A stretch of 64,000 bases of DNA from Longimicrobiales bacterium (GCA_965219445.1 CBDCNQ010000004.1:864001-928000); one strand, 5' to 3'; positions 41,351-51,831 are shown, counted from the stretch's first letter. A program made the numbers and translations. The notes: generated from the letters alone by a model not told the origin.

Positions 41351-41677
41351 ATGATCGATCCCTCACCCCCCGATGTGCTCGAGCAAGCCGCCGAGTGGAA
41401 AGCGCAAGGCTCGGGCGTGGTCCTCGCGACGGTAGTGCGGACGTGGGGCTCTGCTCCCCGACAGGCGGGCAGTCAGATGTGCATCGACGAGCAGGGTCAT
41501 TTCGTCGGCTCGGTGTCGGGCGGATGCGTTGAGGGCGCCGTAATCCAGGAAGCCCAGGAGCTCATGACCCAGGGCGGCACCAAGCTCCTGAAGTTCGGTG
41601 TGACCGACGAGCAGGCTTGGGAAGTAGGGCTCACCTGCGGTGGCGAAGTGGAGATCTACGTCGAGAGGGTGGAGTGA
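41351..41677 (+). CDS. XdhC/CoxI N-terminal domain protein
   Basis: TWGSAPR, GSVSGGCVEG, AWEVGLTCGG. Confidence 0.92.
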   Translation: MIDPSPPDVLEQAAEWKAQGSGVVLATVVRTWGSAPRQAGSQMCIDEQGHFVGSVSGGCVEGAVIQEAQELMTQGGTKLLKFGVTDEQAWEVGLTCGGEVEIYVERVE

Positions 41678-42381
41678 AGGCGGATCTCCTGAGCCAACTC
41701 GTGGAGGATCGGCATAACGAGCGAGCCGTGGTCCTGGCCACAAGCCTGGACACCGGGGAGCAGAGTCTCCTTTACCCGTTGGAGACAGGCTCGGAGGTCG
41801 GCCGCGGCGAGACCTCGGACGACCTTCAGCAGGCGGCTTGGAGCGCCCTCCTGAACGACCGCTCCCAGCAGGTGGACGCCCCGGACGGCCGCTTCTTCTT
41901 GCAGGTGCACAATACACCGCTCCGCATGGTGCTGGTGGGCGCAGTGCACGTCGCCCAGCCGTTGGCCCGAATGGCGAGCCAGGCCGGTTTCTCCGTCTCG
42001 GTCGTGGATCCCCGGGAGGCCTTCAACACAGAGGCTCGTTTTCCAGGCGTGAACCGGCTCCTCTCGTGGCCGGAAGCGGCCCTGGTGGATCTGGATCTGA
42101 ATCATCGAACCGCCGTGGTCATCCTCACCCACGACCCCAAGCTCGATGACCCCGCCCTGGAGGCCGCTCTGGGGAGTCCCGCCTTCTACATCGGAGCCCT
42201 CGGGAGCCGTATGAACCAGGGCCTGCGCCTCGAGCGGATGAAGGGGGTCGGCTTCGACGATGCGGCTCTGGCCAAGATTCACGGCCCCATCGGTCTAGAC
42301 ATCGGAGCGCGGACACCGGGGGAGATCGCCGCGGCCATTCTGGCAGAGGTCATCGGAGAGCTCCGGCGGGACGTGACGTGA
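41674..42381 (+). CDS. XdhC family protein (C-terminal part)
   Basis: GAVHVA, THDPKLDD, YIGALGS, GPIGLDIGA.TP.EIA. Confidence 0.92.
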   Translation: MKADLLSQLVEDRHNERAVVLATSLDTGEQSLLYPLETGSEVGRGETSDDLQQAAWSALLNDRSQQVDAPDGRFFLQVHNTPLRMVLVGAVHVAQPLARMASQAGFSVSVVDPREAFNTEARFPGVNRLLSWPEAALVDLDLNHRTAVVILTHDPKLDDPALEAALGSPAFYIGALGSRMNQGLRLERMKGVGFDDAALAKIHGPIGLDIGARTPGEIAAAILAEVIGELRRDVT

Positions 42382-43031
42382 GCGACACCGGGTCGGAGGC
42401 GGCGGGTCCGAACCGGCCGGCCCCCTCCGGCGTGACCTGTGTGGTGCTGGCCGCCGGATCCTCCACGCGGATGGGAGGACGGAATAAGCTCTTGGAGCGC
42501 GTCGACGACGTTCCCATGGTGGCGACCGTCGTGCGAGCCGCCCTAGCGTCACGAGCCGATGAAGTCCTCGTCGTCACGGGTGAGGACCGAGAGCGCGTGG
42601 AGGCGTGCCTCTCCGGACTCCCAGTGCGCCTGCATCGGAATCCGGACCACGCACAGGGCCTAAGCACGTCCCTTAGGGCCGGTGTCTCGGTCCTCCCAAG
42701 CGGGGCCCGGGCCGTGGCCGTATGTCTCGCCGACATGCCTCTCGTGCGCCCCGCTCATATCGACGCCCTGATCGGGACTTTCCTCACGGATCCCGATGGC
42801 TCCATCTTCGTGCCCACTTGGCAAGGAAAGAGAGGCAACCCCGTGCTGTGGACCGTGGACCTGGTTCCCGAGATCGACACCCTCACAGGGGACATGGGTG
42901 TCAAAGCGCTCATGGCTCGCCATCCCGCCAAGGTGCGTGAGGTCCCCATGGATGCACCCGGCGTCCTCACCGATGTGGACACACCAGAAGCGCTCGAGGA
43001 GCTGACCGCGCCCAATGACGCCCGATCCTGA
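42378..43031 (+). CDS. mocA: Molybdenum cofactor cytidylyltransferase (MocA-like)
   Basis: LAAGSSTRMG..NKL, LADMP, RGNPVL, DVDT; context of cox genes. Confidence 0.85.
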   Translation: MSDTGSEAAGPNRPAPSGVTCVVLAAGSSTRMGGRNKLLERVDDVPMVATVVRAALASRADEVLVVTGEDRERVEACLSGLPVRLHRNPDHAQGLSTSLRAGVSVLPSGARAVAVCLADMPLVRPAHIDALIGTFLTDPDGSIFVPTWQGKRGNPVLWTVDLVPEIDTLTGDMGVKALMARHPAKVREVPMDAPGVLTDVDTPEALEELTAPNDARS

Positions 43032-43690
43032 TGTCCGCTCTCAAGATCGAAGAGCGCTTCGAGCTCGACGTAGACCCGGACGAAGCTTGGGTCTTCCTCA
43101 CTCAACCGGCCCGCATCGTCATGTGCCTTCCTGGAGCTGAACTCACCGAACACATCGACGAACGGAACTACGCGGGGGCGGTCAAGGTCAAGCTCGGAGC
43201 GGTCACCATGCACTACCGGGGGACGGTGGAGTTCACCGAGTTGGACCACGAGCGGCGGGTCATCCGAATGGAGGGCAAAGGCCTGGAAAAACGGGGCGGC
43301 GGCACGGCCTCTCTGACCATGGAGGGCAGAGTCCGCGGGTTGGAGGGGGGCCGTTGCGAGGTGGGGGTCGTGGCAGACATCCGGCTGGCCGGAAAGATCG
43401 TTCGCTTCGGAAGAGGCATGATCCAGGCGGTCTCGGCGGGGATCTTCAAGGAGTTCACCGCACGGCTGGCCACCGAGCTGGCGGCCGGGAAAACGCGGGG
43501 AGAAGCGTCGGACCGAGACGCCGTTGCTCAACCGCGCCTTACGGGAGAGCCCGCCGCCCCGTGTTCTACGGGAGAGTCCGGCGAGGTTACCAGCACACCC
43601 GCCGGCGCTAGCCCGGAGGCGCTGCCTCTGCTTCCGCTTCTTCTGCAGTCCTTCCGATCGTGGCTCCGGCGCCTCTTCGGGAGGGAGTAG
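43031..43690 (+). CDS. coxG: CoxG (SRPBCC) protein
   Basis: W.FL..P..CLPGA, VKLG, GKIVRFGRGMI; amphipathic tail. Confidence 0.88.
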   Translation: MSALKIEERFELDVDPDEAWVFLTQPARIVMCLPGAELTEHIDERNYAGAVKVKLGAVTMHYRGTVEFTELDHERRVIRMEGKGLEKRGGGTASLTMEGRVRGLEGGRCEVGVVADIRLAGKIVRFGRGMIQAVSAGIFKEFTARLATELAAGKTRGEASDRDAVAQPRLTGEPAAPCSTGESGEVTSTPAGASPEALPLLPLLLQSFRSWLRRLFGRE

Positions 43691-44858
43691 GCGGGAGAGT
43701 CAGGATCCGGGCCAACTCCCTCAGGCTGTTCAGGCTATGGACGGGCTTGAAGTCGTCCACATGGGGAAGCATGGCCCGGATGCCCTGGGCCTCCGGCTGG
43801 AACGCCTCGTAACGGAGGAGCGGGTTCAGCCAGATCAAACGGCGGCACGAGCGGTGGAGCCGATCCATGGCCGCGCTGAGCCCCTCCCCCCCTTCCCTGT
43901 CCAACCCGTCGGTGATCAGAAGAACCACCGCGCCCTGCCCCAGCACCCGTCGGGACCAGGAACGGTTGAACTCCTCGATGCAGACCCCGATGCGCGTGCC
44001 GCCATCCCAGTCCTCCACGACGTGGCGGAGGCGCTCGAGCGCCACGTCCCCGTCACGATGCCTCAGGTGACGGGTGGCGTTGGTGAGGCGGGTCCCGAAC
44101 AGGAAAGTATGCACCCGGTCCCTGTCGTTCGTCAGCGCGTGCAGGAAGTGGAGGAGCATCCGGGTGTATCCGCTCATGGACCCCGATATGTCGCACAGCG
44201 CGACGAGGGTGTGAGGACGCCGACGGCGGGCGCGCCACTCCAGCGGTATGGTGGCTCCTCCCACCCTGAGCGTTGCGCGGAGCGTGCGTCGCAGGTCCAC
44301 CTCGGACCCTGTGGGGCTGGGGCGGCGGCGCCGGGTCGGAGGGTCCCGGATCGGGAGGCGCATCCGGGCGATGGCTTCGCGCGCGGCCTCGATCTCCGCC
44401 AGGGACATCTGCTCGAAGTCCTTCTCGGACAGAGCCTCACGTTCGGAGTAGGTCATCCGCATGTCCACCTCCACCCTCTCACGTTCCCGCTCGGCGCCGG
44501 CGCCACTCTCTGCCCAAGCTTCGGCAAGGCGTCTGCGGAGCGGGGAGGGCGCCGGCACAGGCACCTTTGACAGGGATAAAAGCTCCTCGAGGACCGCGTT
44601 CGAGGGTGGGCGATCCGACCAGAAGAGCCTGAAGGCCTCGTAGAACGTTGGCCGGTGCTCGCCGCGTCTCACGAAAACAGCATGGAGTGCCCAGTAGAAT
44701 TCATCGGGGCGGGTGACGTCCACCGACGCCAGGGCTCCCATGGCGTTGAGCACGTCACCCGGACCGGTGGGGAGCCCTGCCCGTCGGAGCAGCCGGGCGA
44801 AGTCGGTCACACGTTGGGTGAGCTGTTCGCCCCAAGCGGATCGGTCAGACAACTTCAC
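43608..44858 (-). CDS. coxE: CoxE-like VWA domain protein
   Basis: DISGSM MIDAS, F.FGTRLT, WDGGTRIG, TDGLD, WLNPL. Confidence 0.92.
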   Translation of the reverse strand: MKLSDRSAWGEQLTQRVTDFARLLRRAGLPTGPGDVLNAMGALASVDVTRPDEFYWALHAVFVRRGEHRPTFYEAFRLFWSDRPPSNAVLEELLSLSKVPVPAPSPLRRRLAEAWAESGAGAERERERVEVDMRMTYSEREALSEKDFEQMSLAEIEAAREAIARMRLPIRDPPTRRRRPSPTGSEVDLRRTLRATLRVGGATIPLEWRARRRRPHTLVALCDISGSMSGYTRMLLHFLHALTNDRDRVHTFLFGTRLTNATRHLRHRDGDVALERLRHVVEDWDGGTRIGVCIEEFNRSWSRRVLGQGAVVLLITDGLDREGGEGLSAAMDRLHRSCRRLIWLNPLLRYEAFQPEAQGIRAMLPHVDDFKPVHSLNSLRELARILTLPPTPSRRGAGATIGRTAEEAEAEAAPPG

Positions 44859-45753
44859 TCAGGATGGCCAGGGCCGGCTCACCGCGCACGCGCGCCAGGT
44901 CGTCCTCGTATTTGAGAAGCACGCCGAGGGTCTCGTTCACCACGTCGCCGTCCAGGCTGGAGCGTCCCAGCGTCAACAGTGCCCGCGTCCAGTCGATCGA
45001 CTCGGCGAGGCCGGGCACCTTGAAGAGATCCTCCTCGCGCAGCCGCTGGACGAAGCCCACCACCTGGCGTGTAAACTCGTCGCCCGCCTCAGGCACCCGA
45101 ACCGACACGATCTCCGTCTCACGCTCCCGCGTGGGATAGTCGATCCAGTGGTAGAGGCACCGACGCTTGAGGGCGTCGTGGATCTCGCGCGTGCGGTTGG
45201 AGGTGATGATCACCACGGGCGGCTCCTCGGCCTTGATGGTCCCCACCTCCGGCACGGTGATCTGAAAGTCGGAGAGCAGCTCCAGCAAGAACGCCTCGAA
45301 CGGCTCGTCGGTGCGGTCCAGCTCGTCGATGAGGAGGACGGGCGGCCCTTCGGGACGGGGCTGCAGGGCCTCGAGGAGCGGTCTGTGGATCAGGAACTCG
45401 TGTGAGAAGACGTCGGACTCGAGGCGTGCTCGATCCGTCACACCGGCCGCTTCCGCGATCCGGATCTCGATCATCTGGCGCGCATAGTTCCACTCGTAGA
45501 CGGCGGACGACACGTCGAGACCTTCGTAGCACTGGAGTCGGATCAGGTGCCGCTCGAGTCCCGTGGCCAGGACCTTCCCCACCTCTGTCTTGCCGACCCC
45601 CGCCTCTCCCTCCAGGAAGAGCGGCCTCCCCAGCTTGAGCGACAGGTAGACGGCCGTGGCGAGAGACCGGTCCGCCACATAGCGCTCCTGCTCGAGAAGC
45701 GCGAGCGTCTCATCGACCGAGTCCGGGATCGAGGCGGGGCCTTCTATGTGCAC
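44845..45753 (-). CDS. coxD: CoxD-like MoxR AAA+ ATPase
   Basis: GEAGVGKT, RLQCYEG, LIDELD, TSNRTRE. Confidence 0.93.
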   Translation of the reverse strand: MHIEGPASIPDSVDETLALLEQERYVADRSLATAVYLSLKLGRPLFLEGEAGVGKTEVGKVLATGLERHLIRLQCYEGLDVSSAVYEWNYARQMIEIRIAEAAGVTDRARLESDVFSHEFLIHRPLLEALQPRPEGPPVLLIDELDRTDEPFEAFLLELLSDFQITVPEVGTIKAEEPPVVIITSNRTREIHDALKRRCLYHWIDYPTRERETEIVSVRVPEAGDEFTRQVVGFVQRLREEDLFKVPGLAESIDWTRALLTLGRSSLDGDVVNETLGVLLKYEDDLARVRGEPALAILSEVV

Positions 45754-45760
45754 GCCCCCA

Positions 45761-46555
45761 CTACGCGCACGCCTCTACCGCACGGCGGGCCATGACGGAA
45801 ACCAGGTGCGCCCGGTACTCGGCGCTGGCGTCGGTATCCGAGATCAGACCCTCCTGGGCCACACCGATGCCGTCGAGGCTTCCCGGCGAGAAATCGGACG
45901 CAAGAGCGTCTTCCATGGCCTCGACGCGGAAGACCTTGTAGCCCGCACCGGACACGGCCACCCGGACCCCGTCCCCGTTCTGGGCCACCATGACGCCCGC
46001 GATGGCATACTTGGAGGCCGGGTTCGGGAACTTGGCGTAGGCGGCTTTCCCCGGAATCGGGAAGCGGACCGACGTAATGATCTCGTCGTCCTCGAGTGGC
46101 GTTTCGAACATGCCCACGAAGAACTCCTCCGCGGCGATCTCGCGCCGATCGGTCACGACCGTGGCCCCGAGGGCGACCATGGCGGCCGGATAGTCGGCCG
46201 CGGGGTCACTGTGTGCGACCGAGCCACCCAACGTGCCACGGTTCCGCACCTGCGGATCTCCGATTCCTCCCGCCAGAGCGGCGAGAGCCGGGATCGCCTC
46301 CTGCACGTCGCCAGAGCCATTCACCTCGGCATGCGTCATCGCGGCCCCGATCACCAGCGCATCACCGTCCCGCTGGATCCCCCGGAGCTCGTCGAGTCCC
46401 GCCAGCGACACCACGTCGCTGGGGGCAGCCATGTCCAGCTTCATGATGGGAAGCAAGCTCTGACCGCCGGCGAGGAACTTGCCAGCCTCCGCGCTTTGCA
46501 TGGCGCCCTGCGCCTCGGCCACCGAGCCCGGGCGATGGAAAGTGAAGTCATCCAT
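45761..46555 (-). CDS. coxM: FAD-binding medium subunit of Cox/Xdh family
   Basis: [27 protein letters not shown]. Confidence 0.93.
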   Translation of the reverse strand: MDDFTFHRPGSVAEAQGAMQSAEAGKFLAGGQSLLPIMKLDMAAPSDVVSLAGLDELRGIQRDGDALVIGAAMTHAEVNGSGDVQEAIPALAALAGGIGDPQVRNRGTLGGSVAHSDPAADYPAAMVALGATVVTDRREIAAEEFFVGMFETPLEDDEIITSVRFPIPGKAAYAKFPNPASKYAIAGVMVAQNGDGVRVAVSGAGYKVFRVEAMEDALASDFSPGSLDGIGVAQEGLISDTDASAEYRAHLVSVMARRAVEACA

Positions 46556-46567
46556 GGGTCTTCCCCC

Positions 46568-48937
46568 TCAGCTCGAGGCCTGGGCGTCCCGGATGGTGCG
46601 CCACACGCGCTCCGGAGTCGCCGGCATGTCCATGTGCTCGACACCCAGATGGGCCAGGGCATCTACGACCGCGTTGATGACGGCGGGCGTGATTCCGATG
46701 GAGCCCACCTCCCCGACCCCCTTCACACCCAGCGGGTTGTGCGTGCAGTTCGTGATGTTGTGCCCCGTCTTGAAGAACGGCACATCCGCCGCCCGGGGCA
46801 TGCAGTAGTTCATATACGATCCCGTGAGCAGCTGCCCGCTGTCGTCGTACTTGCAGTGCTCCATCAGCGCCTGCCCGATTCCGTGTGTCACACCGCCATG
46901 CAGCTGGCCTTCGACGATCATAGGGTTGAGGATGCGTCCCACGTCGTCGGCACAGGAGACCGCCACCAGCTCGACGACGCCCGTCCCCGGGTCGATCTCC
47001 ACTTCGGCCACATGGGCGCCGGCCGGGAATGTGAAGTTCTTCGGATCGTAGAAGGCCGTCTCGTCCAGGCCGGGCTCCAATCCCTCCGGATAGTTGTGCG
47101 GCACATAGGCCGCGAGCGACACGTCAGCGAGACCGAGCGACTTGTCCGTCCCGGCCACGGTGAAGCGGCCGTCCTCGAAGACAACGTCCGCCTCCGACGC
47201 CTCCATGAGATGTGCGGCGATCGTGATGCCCTTCTTGATGATCTTCTGCATGGCCTCGTAGATCGCCGACCCACCCACCGCCCCTGAGCGCGAGCCGTAC
47301 GAGCCCATGCCAAACGGAACCTGGGCCGTGTCTCCGTGAACGACCTCGACCTGGTCGATCCCGATGCCCAGGCCCTCGGCCACGATCTGCGCGAAAACGG
47401 TCTCGTGGCCCTGGCCGTGGCTGTGGCTTCCGGTGTAGACCGTGACGCTTCCCGTGGGATGCACGCGCACCTGTCCCACCTCGAAGAGTCCGGCCCGGGC
47501 ACCAAGGGCTCCGGCCACCGCCGAGGGGGCGATCCCACACGCCTCCAGGAACGTCGAGAGGCCGATCCCCCGGAGCTTCCCCCTGGACTTGGCTTCGTCG
47601 CGGCGGGCCTCGAAGCCCGCCCAGTCCGAGAGCTCCAGCACCAAGTCCAGCGTGGGTTCGTAGTCCCCCGTGTCGTACTCCAACGCCACCGGCGTCTGAT
47701 AGGGGAACTGATCCGGCTGGATGAAGTTCTTTCGCCGGATCTCCACCGGGTCGATCCCGAGCCGGCGGGCGGCCACGTCCACGAGGCGCTCCAGCATGAA
47801 GGAGGCTTCGGGCCGCCCCGCACCACGAACCGCGTCCACCGGCACCGTGTTTGTGAAGATCGCCTTCACTTCACCGTAGATGGCCGGCGTGGTATAACAT
47901 CCGGCAAAGAGCGTTCCATGGAGGTACGTCGGGATCGACGGACCGAACGTCGACAGGTACGCCCCCAGGTTGGCGAGGCAGCTCACCCGAAGACCCAGGA
48001 AGCGCCCCTCTCCGTCGAGCGCCAGCTCGGCGTGCGTCACGTGGTCCCGGCCGTGGGCGTCGGACATGAACGACTCCGAGCGCTCGGCGGTCCACTTCAC
48101 GGGCCGCCCAATCTTGGACGACGCCCAGGTCACGATGACCTCTTCCGCGTAATGGAAAATCTTGGAACCGAAGGCGCCCCCTACGTCGGGCGCCACCACA
48201 CGGAGCTTGTGTTCGGGGATCCCCATGACGAACGCGCCCATGAGAAGCCGGATCAGGTGTGGGTTCTGGCTCGACGTGTAGAGTGTGTAGTCGCCGCTCA
48301 CCGACTCGTAATCGCCGATGTAGACTCGAGGCTCGATGGCGTTCGGGATGAGACGGTTGTTCACGATGTCGATCGGCACAACGTGCTCTGCGCCCTCGAA
48401 CGCCGAGTCGGTGGCCGCCTTGTCGCCGATCTCCCAGTCAAAGCACACGTTGCCGGGCGCCTCATCCCAGATCTGTGGAGCATCGTCGGCCACGGCCTGA
48501 TTCAAGAACGCCACCGCCGGAAGGCTCTCGTATTCGACGTCCACGAGTGCGGCGGCGGCCCTGGCCCTTGCCTTCGTGTCGGCAACGACGACGGCAACGA
48601 TGTCCCCCACGTGCCGAACACGCTCCGCGGCGAGCGCCGGGTGGGGTGGCTCGACCATAGGCGAGCCGTCCTTGCTGTGGATCTGCCATCCGCAGGGCAG
48701 GCCACCGATCTCGTCGGCCGCCAGGTCGGCCCCGGTGAACACCGCCGCCACGCCCGGCGCGCTCGCCGCGTCACCCGTGTCGATGCTCGTGATGGCGGCG
48801 TGGGCCTCGGGCGAGCGCACCAGGGCCGCGTAGAGCTGGCCCGGGCGGTTGATGTCGTCCGTGTAGTTGCCCCTTCCCGTGAGGAAGCGGCCGTCTTCCT
48901 TCCGCCGCACGGCGGCTCCGATTCCGTTCTCCGACAT
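46568..48937 (-). CDS. coxL: Molybdopterin large subunit, form II CoxL-like
   Basis: [43 protein letters not shown]. Confidence 0.92.
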   Translation of the reverse strand: MSENGIGAAVRRKEDGRFLTGRGNYTDDINRPGQLYAALVRSPEAHAAITSIDTGDAASAPGVAAVFTGADLAADEIGGLPCGWQIHSKDGSPMVEPPHPALAAERVRHVGDIVAVVVADTKARARAAAALVDVEYESLPAVAFLNQAVADDAPQIWDEAPGNVCFDWEIGDKAATDSAFEGAEHVVPIDIVNNRLIPNAIEPRVYIGDYESVSGDYTLYTSSQNPHLIRLLMGAFVMGIPEHKLRVVAPDVGGAFGSKIFHYAEEVIVTWASSKIGRPVKWTAERSESFMSDAHGRDHVTHAELALDGEGRFLGLRVSCLANLGAYLSTFGPSIPTYLHGTLFAGCYTTPAIYGEVKAIFTNTVPVDAVRGAGRPEASFMLERLVDVAARRLGIDPVEIRRKNFIQPDQFPYQTPVALEYDTGDYEPTLDLVLELSDWAGFEARRDEAKSRGKLRGIGLSTFLEACGIAPSAVAGALGARAGLFEVGQVRVHPTGSVTVYTGSHSHGQGHETVFAQIVAEGLGIGIDQVEVVHGDTAQVPFGMGSYGSRSGAVGGSAIYEAMQKIIKKGITIAAHLMEASEADVVFEDGRFTVAGTDKSLGLADVSLAAYVPHNYPEGLEPGLDETAFYDPKNFTFPAGAHVAEVEIDPGTGVVELVAVSCADDVGRILNPMIVEGQLHGGVTHGIGQALMEHCKYDDSGQLLTGSYMNYCMPRAADVPFFKTGHNITNCTHNPLGVKGVGEVGSIGITPAVINAVVDALAHLGVEHMDMPATPERVWRTIRDAQASS

Positions 48938-48940
48938 GGC

Positions 48941-49408
48941 TCAGCCCCCCATTTCGGAGGCCGCCGCCTGCACGGCCTTCACGATGTTGTGGTAGCCGGT
49001 GCAGCGGCAGAGGTTGCCCTCCAGCCACTCCCGCACGTCACCTTCGGAGGGGGAGGCGTTGCGGCTCACCAAATCGAGACCGCTCATCACCATACCCGGA
49101 GTGCAAAAGCCGCACTGGAGACCATGATGCTCCTTGAAGGCCGCTTGCATCGGGTGGAGCACTCCGTTCGTCGCGACCCCTTCGATGGTCGTGACTTCGG
49201 CCCCCTCGACTTCGGCGGCCAAAACGGTGCAGCTCTTGACCGACGTGCCCCCAACGTGAATGACGCACGCCCCGCACTGGCTCGTGTCGCATCCGACGTG
49301 CGTTCCGGTGAGCCCAAGGGTCTCCCGCAGAAAGTCCACGAGAAGCGTGCGTGCCTCGACTTCGTGCGAGACCGCTTGGCCGTTTACCTGCATCGAAACG
49401 ACTGGCAT
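48941..49408 (-). CDS. coxS: [2Fe-2S] small subunit
   Basis: [29 protein letters not shown]. Confidence 0.95.
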   Translation of the reverse strand: MPVVSMQVNGQAVSHEVEARTLLVDFLRETLGLTGTHVGCDTSQCGACVIHVGGTSVKSCTVLAAEVEGAEVTTIEGVATNGVLHPMQAAFKEHHGLQCGFCTPGMVMSGLDLVSRNASPSEGDVREWLEGNLCRCTGYHNIVKAVQAAASEMGG

Positions 49409-49434
49409 GGACGACTCCCTTGTGGGGGAGAAGA

Positions 49435-49467
49435 TTCACGGCCGGTCCCGAGGGATCCGGCCGTGAA
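49435..49467 (-). promoter_or_regulatory. Strong hairpin in the coxS leader
   Basis: TTCACGGCCGG..TCCC / GGGA..CCGGCCGTGAA inverted repeat. Confidence 0.6.
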
Positions 49468-49664
49468 GGGGAAGAGGGTTAGGATGGGGGGCGGTAAACC
49501 CCCGGTCAAGCAGGTCGGGTCACCGTGCGGTGAGCGTCGGCCCGAACCGATCCACCCGATCCACCGGTTTTCCGGGTACCAGCTTTCACCCGGTTGCGCA
49601 TCGGCCTCCGAACAGCGACGCTCCGCCGTGTGTCCTCGTTGTATACCCGCATAGGAGGGACGGA

Positions 49665-50615
49665 ATGGTATCTCGACGCGAATGGCTCCGAGTCACCGCC
49701 GGGGCGGGCGCCGCGCTCAGCCTGAACCCCCGCGTCCTGGATGCGCTACGGAGCCAGGAGCTCATCACCCGAGCGATCCCCTCTACCGGAGAGCGACTCC
49801 CGGCGGTCGGCCTGGGCGGCGCCAACACGTATTCTCGGGCCGCGCGCGCCGAGGACTTCGACACGATCGGGGGCGTCCTGCAGGCACTCCTGGACGGAGG
49901 CGGCACGGTATTCGATACCGCGGCCGGTTACGGCCCCTCCGAGGAAGTATCGGGCCGGGTCGCCAACGAGCTCCGGATCGCGGACCGGCTTTGGTGGGCG
50001 ACCAAGGTCAACGTGGCCGGTCGGGGTGGCAGAGCGGCCGATCCCGCCGCGGCCCGGGCGCAGATCGAGCGCTCCGTCGAGCGCCTCCGTATTCCCGTGA
50101 TCGACCTGATCCAGGTACACAACATGGGTGATCCGCCGACGCAGCTCGGAATTCTGGAGGAGCTCAAGGCGACGGGTCGGATTCGCTACATGGGGATCAC
50201 GACCACGAACGAAAGGCAATACGCCGCCCTCGCGGACGTCATGCGCAACGAGCCGATCGACTTCATCGGCATCGATTACGCCGTCGACAACCGGACTCCC
50301 GAAGAGGTGATCCTCCCACTGGCGCAGGAGCGCCGGATCGGTGTCATCGTGTACCTTCCGTTTGGACGAAGCCGGATGTGGCGGCGCATCGGCGACCGCC
50401 CGCTGCCCGGTTGGGCGGCCGAGTTCGACGCGCACACCTGGGCGCAGTTCATGCTCAAGTTCGTCCTCGCCCACCCAGCGGTCACCGTGGCGACCCCGGG
50501 CACCAGCGACCCAGAGCACATGACGGACAACCTCGCCGGCGGGAGGGGGCGGCTCCCCAGTGCGCAGCAAGTCGAGCGAATGATCGAGCTGGCGGAGAGC
50601 CTGCCGAGAGCCTGA
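49665..50615 (+). CDS. Aldo/keto reductase with twin-arginine leader
   Basis: SRREWL; VGLG, FDTAAGYG.SE, ATKV, IDLIQVHN. Confidence 0.9.
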   Translation: MVSRREWLRVTAGAGAALSLNPRVLDALRSQELITRAIPSTGERLPAVGLGGANTYSRAARAEDFDTIGGVLQALLDGGGTVFDTAAGYGPSEEVSGRVANELRIADRLWWATKVNVAGRGGRAADPAAARAQIERSVERLRIPVIDLIQVHNMGDPPTQLGILEELKATGRIRYMGITTTNERQYAALADVMRNEPIDFIGIDYAVDNRTPEEVILPLAQERRIGVIVYLPFGRSRMWRRIGDRPLPGWAAEFDAHTWAQFMLKFVLAHPAVTVATPGTSDPEHMTDNLAGGRGRLPSAQQVERMIELAESLPRA

Positions 50616-50721
50616 CGCTGCCACGGAACCAAGGCTTTCCCGAACCGGCCGCGATGTCGAGAGAGGAATGATCAGACATGAAGGCCCCCCAGGTCGGTGA
50701 CCTGGAGGGCAGGGAGCAGAC

Positions 50722-51768
50722 TCACATCCACAACCGCTCCTCATCCGGATCCTTCTCCGGCACGTACCGAGCCTCGACTCTGAGCTCCAAGTCTCCGATC
50801 ACCTCCACGGTCTCGGGATCCGCGTCGAACCCAGGTTTCCACGCAATGAGCTCGAACTCACCGGACGGCAACTCGAACCTCGCCATACCCTGTTCGTCGG
50901 TCGACGCCCGATAGATGCCCATTCGGACGTCGACCTTGTGAATGGGATCTCCGGTATCGTCGCGAACGACCTCGACCGCGACCGTGTGCTCGGGAGGCCC
51001 AACCGTGCGGAAGCTGACGACGGCAGACGCTTGAAGGTGCGAAGGCCCCCAATCGGCAGCCACGGGGACGGCGGACCATTGGAAGCTGCCTTCCTTCGGC
51101 GGAGCGTCAAAAAAGACCTCAGCCCAATGTAACGCTCGCGTTCCGGGCCATGGCTCGTCCCCCAGACTTCCCTCCCCGACCCTGGTTCCAGCCTCGTCAC
51201 GAACCTCGACAAGCTTCCCCGTCAGTTGGCACCCGGCGGCGCACCTGATTCCTACCTTCGCGCTGAACCTTTCGCCGATCACCACCGGCGTCGGAAGATC
51301 CCACACCGCCACACTGGTCTCGTGGGGCCTGACGGTCGTGCGTACGAGGAGAGAAACCTCCTCGTGGTCCACTCCGTCGACCTCATGGGCTGGGAGGAGG
51401 ATCGTCCAGGTGTGTTCACCAACCTCCATCGGCGCCCTGAGCGAGAGGACCTCCTCTTCGTTCGACCCCTCGTCCTCTTCGTTCAACCCCTCATCATCGC
51501 TCGCCGCTTCATCATCGCTCACGACGTCATCATCGGTCACCGGTTCATCATCGGTCACCGCTTCATCATCGGTCCGCGCTTCATCGTCGGTCCGCGGTTC
51601 CGCGGCCACGATGGACCCATCAGGGGCCAGCGCCTGGACGTTCTCGCCCGCAAGGTCGCAGCCGAACGGACACGTTACACGGACGCCGAGCGTAAGCTCG
51701 CTGCCCGCCTCGACGTCCTGGGGAAGCGGGCTGTTCAGCTCGATCAGAGGCGAATGTGTCTCTGGCAT
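50722..51768 (-). CDS. Hypothetical protein with duplicated CxxGC beta-domain, acidic repeat and C-terminal carboxypeptidase-regulatory-like domain
   Basis: VRVTCPFGCDLAG and VGIRCAAGCQLTG; TDEQG.A.F..P.G.F.L.AWKPGF. Confidence 0.65.
   Translation of the reverse strand: MPETHSPLIELNSPLPQDVEAGSELTLGVRVTCPFGCDLAGENVQALAPDGSIVAAEPRTDDEARTDDEAVTDDEPVTDDDVVSDDEAASDDEGLNEEDEGSNEEEVLSLRAPMEVGEHTWTILLPAHEVDGVDHEEVSLLVRTTVRPHETSVAVWDLPTPVVIGERFSAKVGIRCAAGCQLTGKLVEVRDEAGTRVGEGSLGDEPWPGTRALHWAEVFFDAPPKEGSFQWSAVPVAADWGPSHLQASAVVSFRTVGPPEHTVAVEVVRDDTGDPIHKVDVRMGIYRASTDEQGMARFELPSGEFELIAWKPGFDADPETVEVIGDLELRVEARYVPEKDPDEERLWM
51452..51598. repeat. In-frame tandem repeats: 6 x 18 bp and 2 x 21 bp
   Basis: Units like TCATCATCGGTCACCGCT at 51491-51598 (TDDEAV-type) and TCCTCTTCGTTCRACCCCTCR at 51452-51493. 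Confidence 0.9.
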
Positions 51769-51831
51769 GGACAGGTCCCAAAAATATAGAACGAGCCCTC
51801 GGGCTCTAGGATCCCGCTCGATGCCAAGAAA

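Noticed and set aside
46568..48937. Bona fide form I CO dehydrogenase
   Set aside because: Lacks the Cu-binding AYxCSFR motif and has S-L-M order
47336..49654. 772-aa plus-strand ORF (also 45746-47287)
   Set aside because: Antisense shadow of coxL/coxM/coxS in high-GC DNA; no recognisable motifs
51452..51598. CRISPR array
   Set aside because: Contiguous in-frame repeats with no spacers and no cas genes
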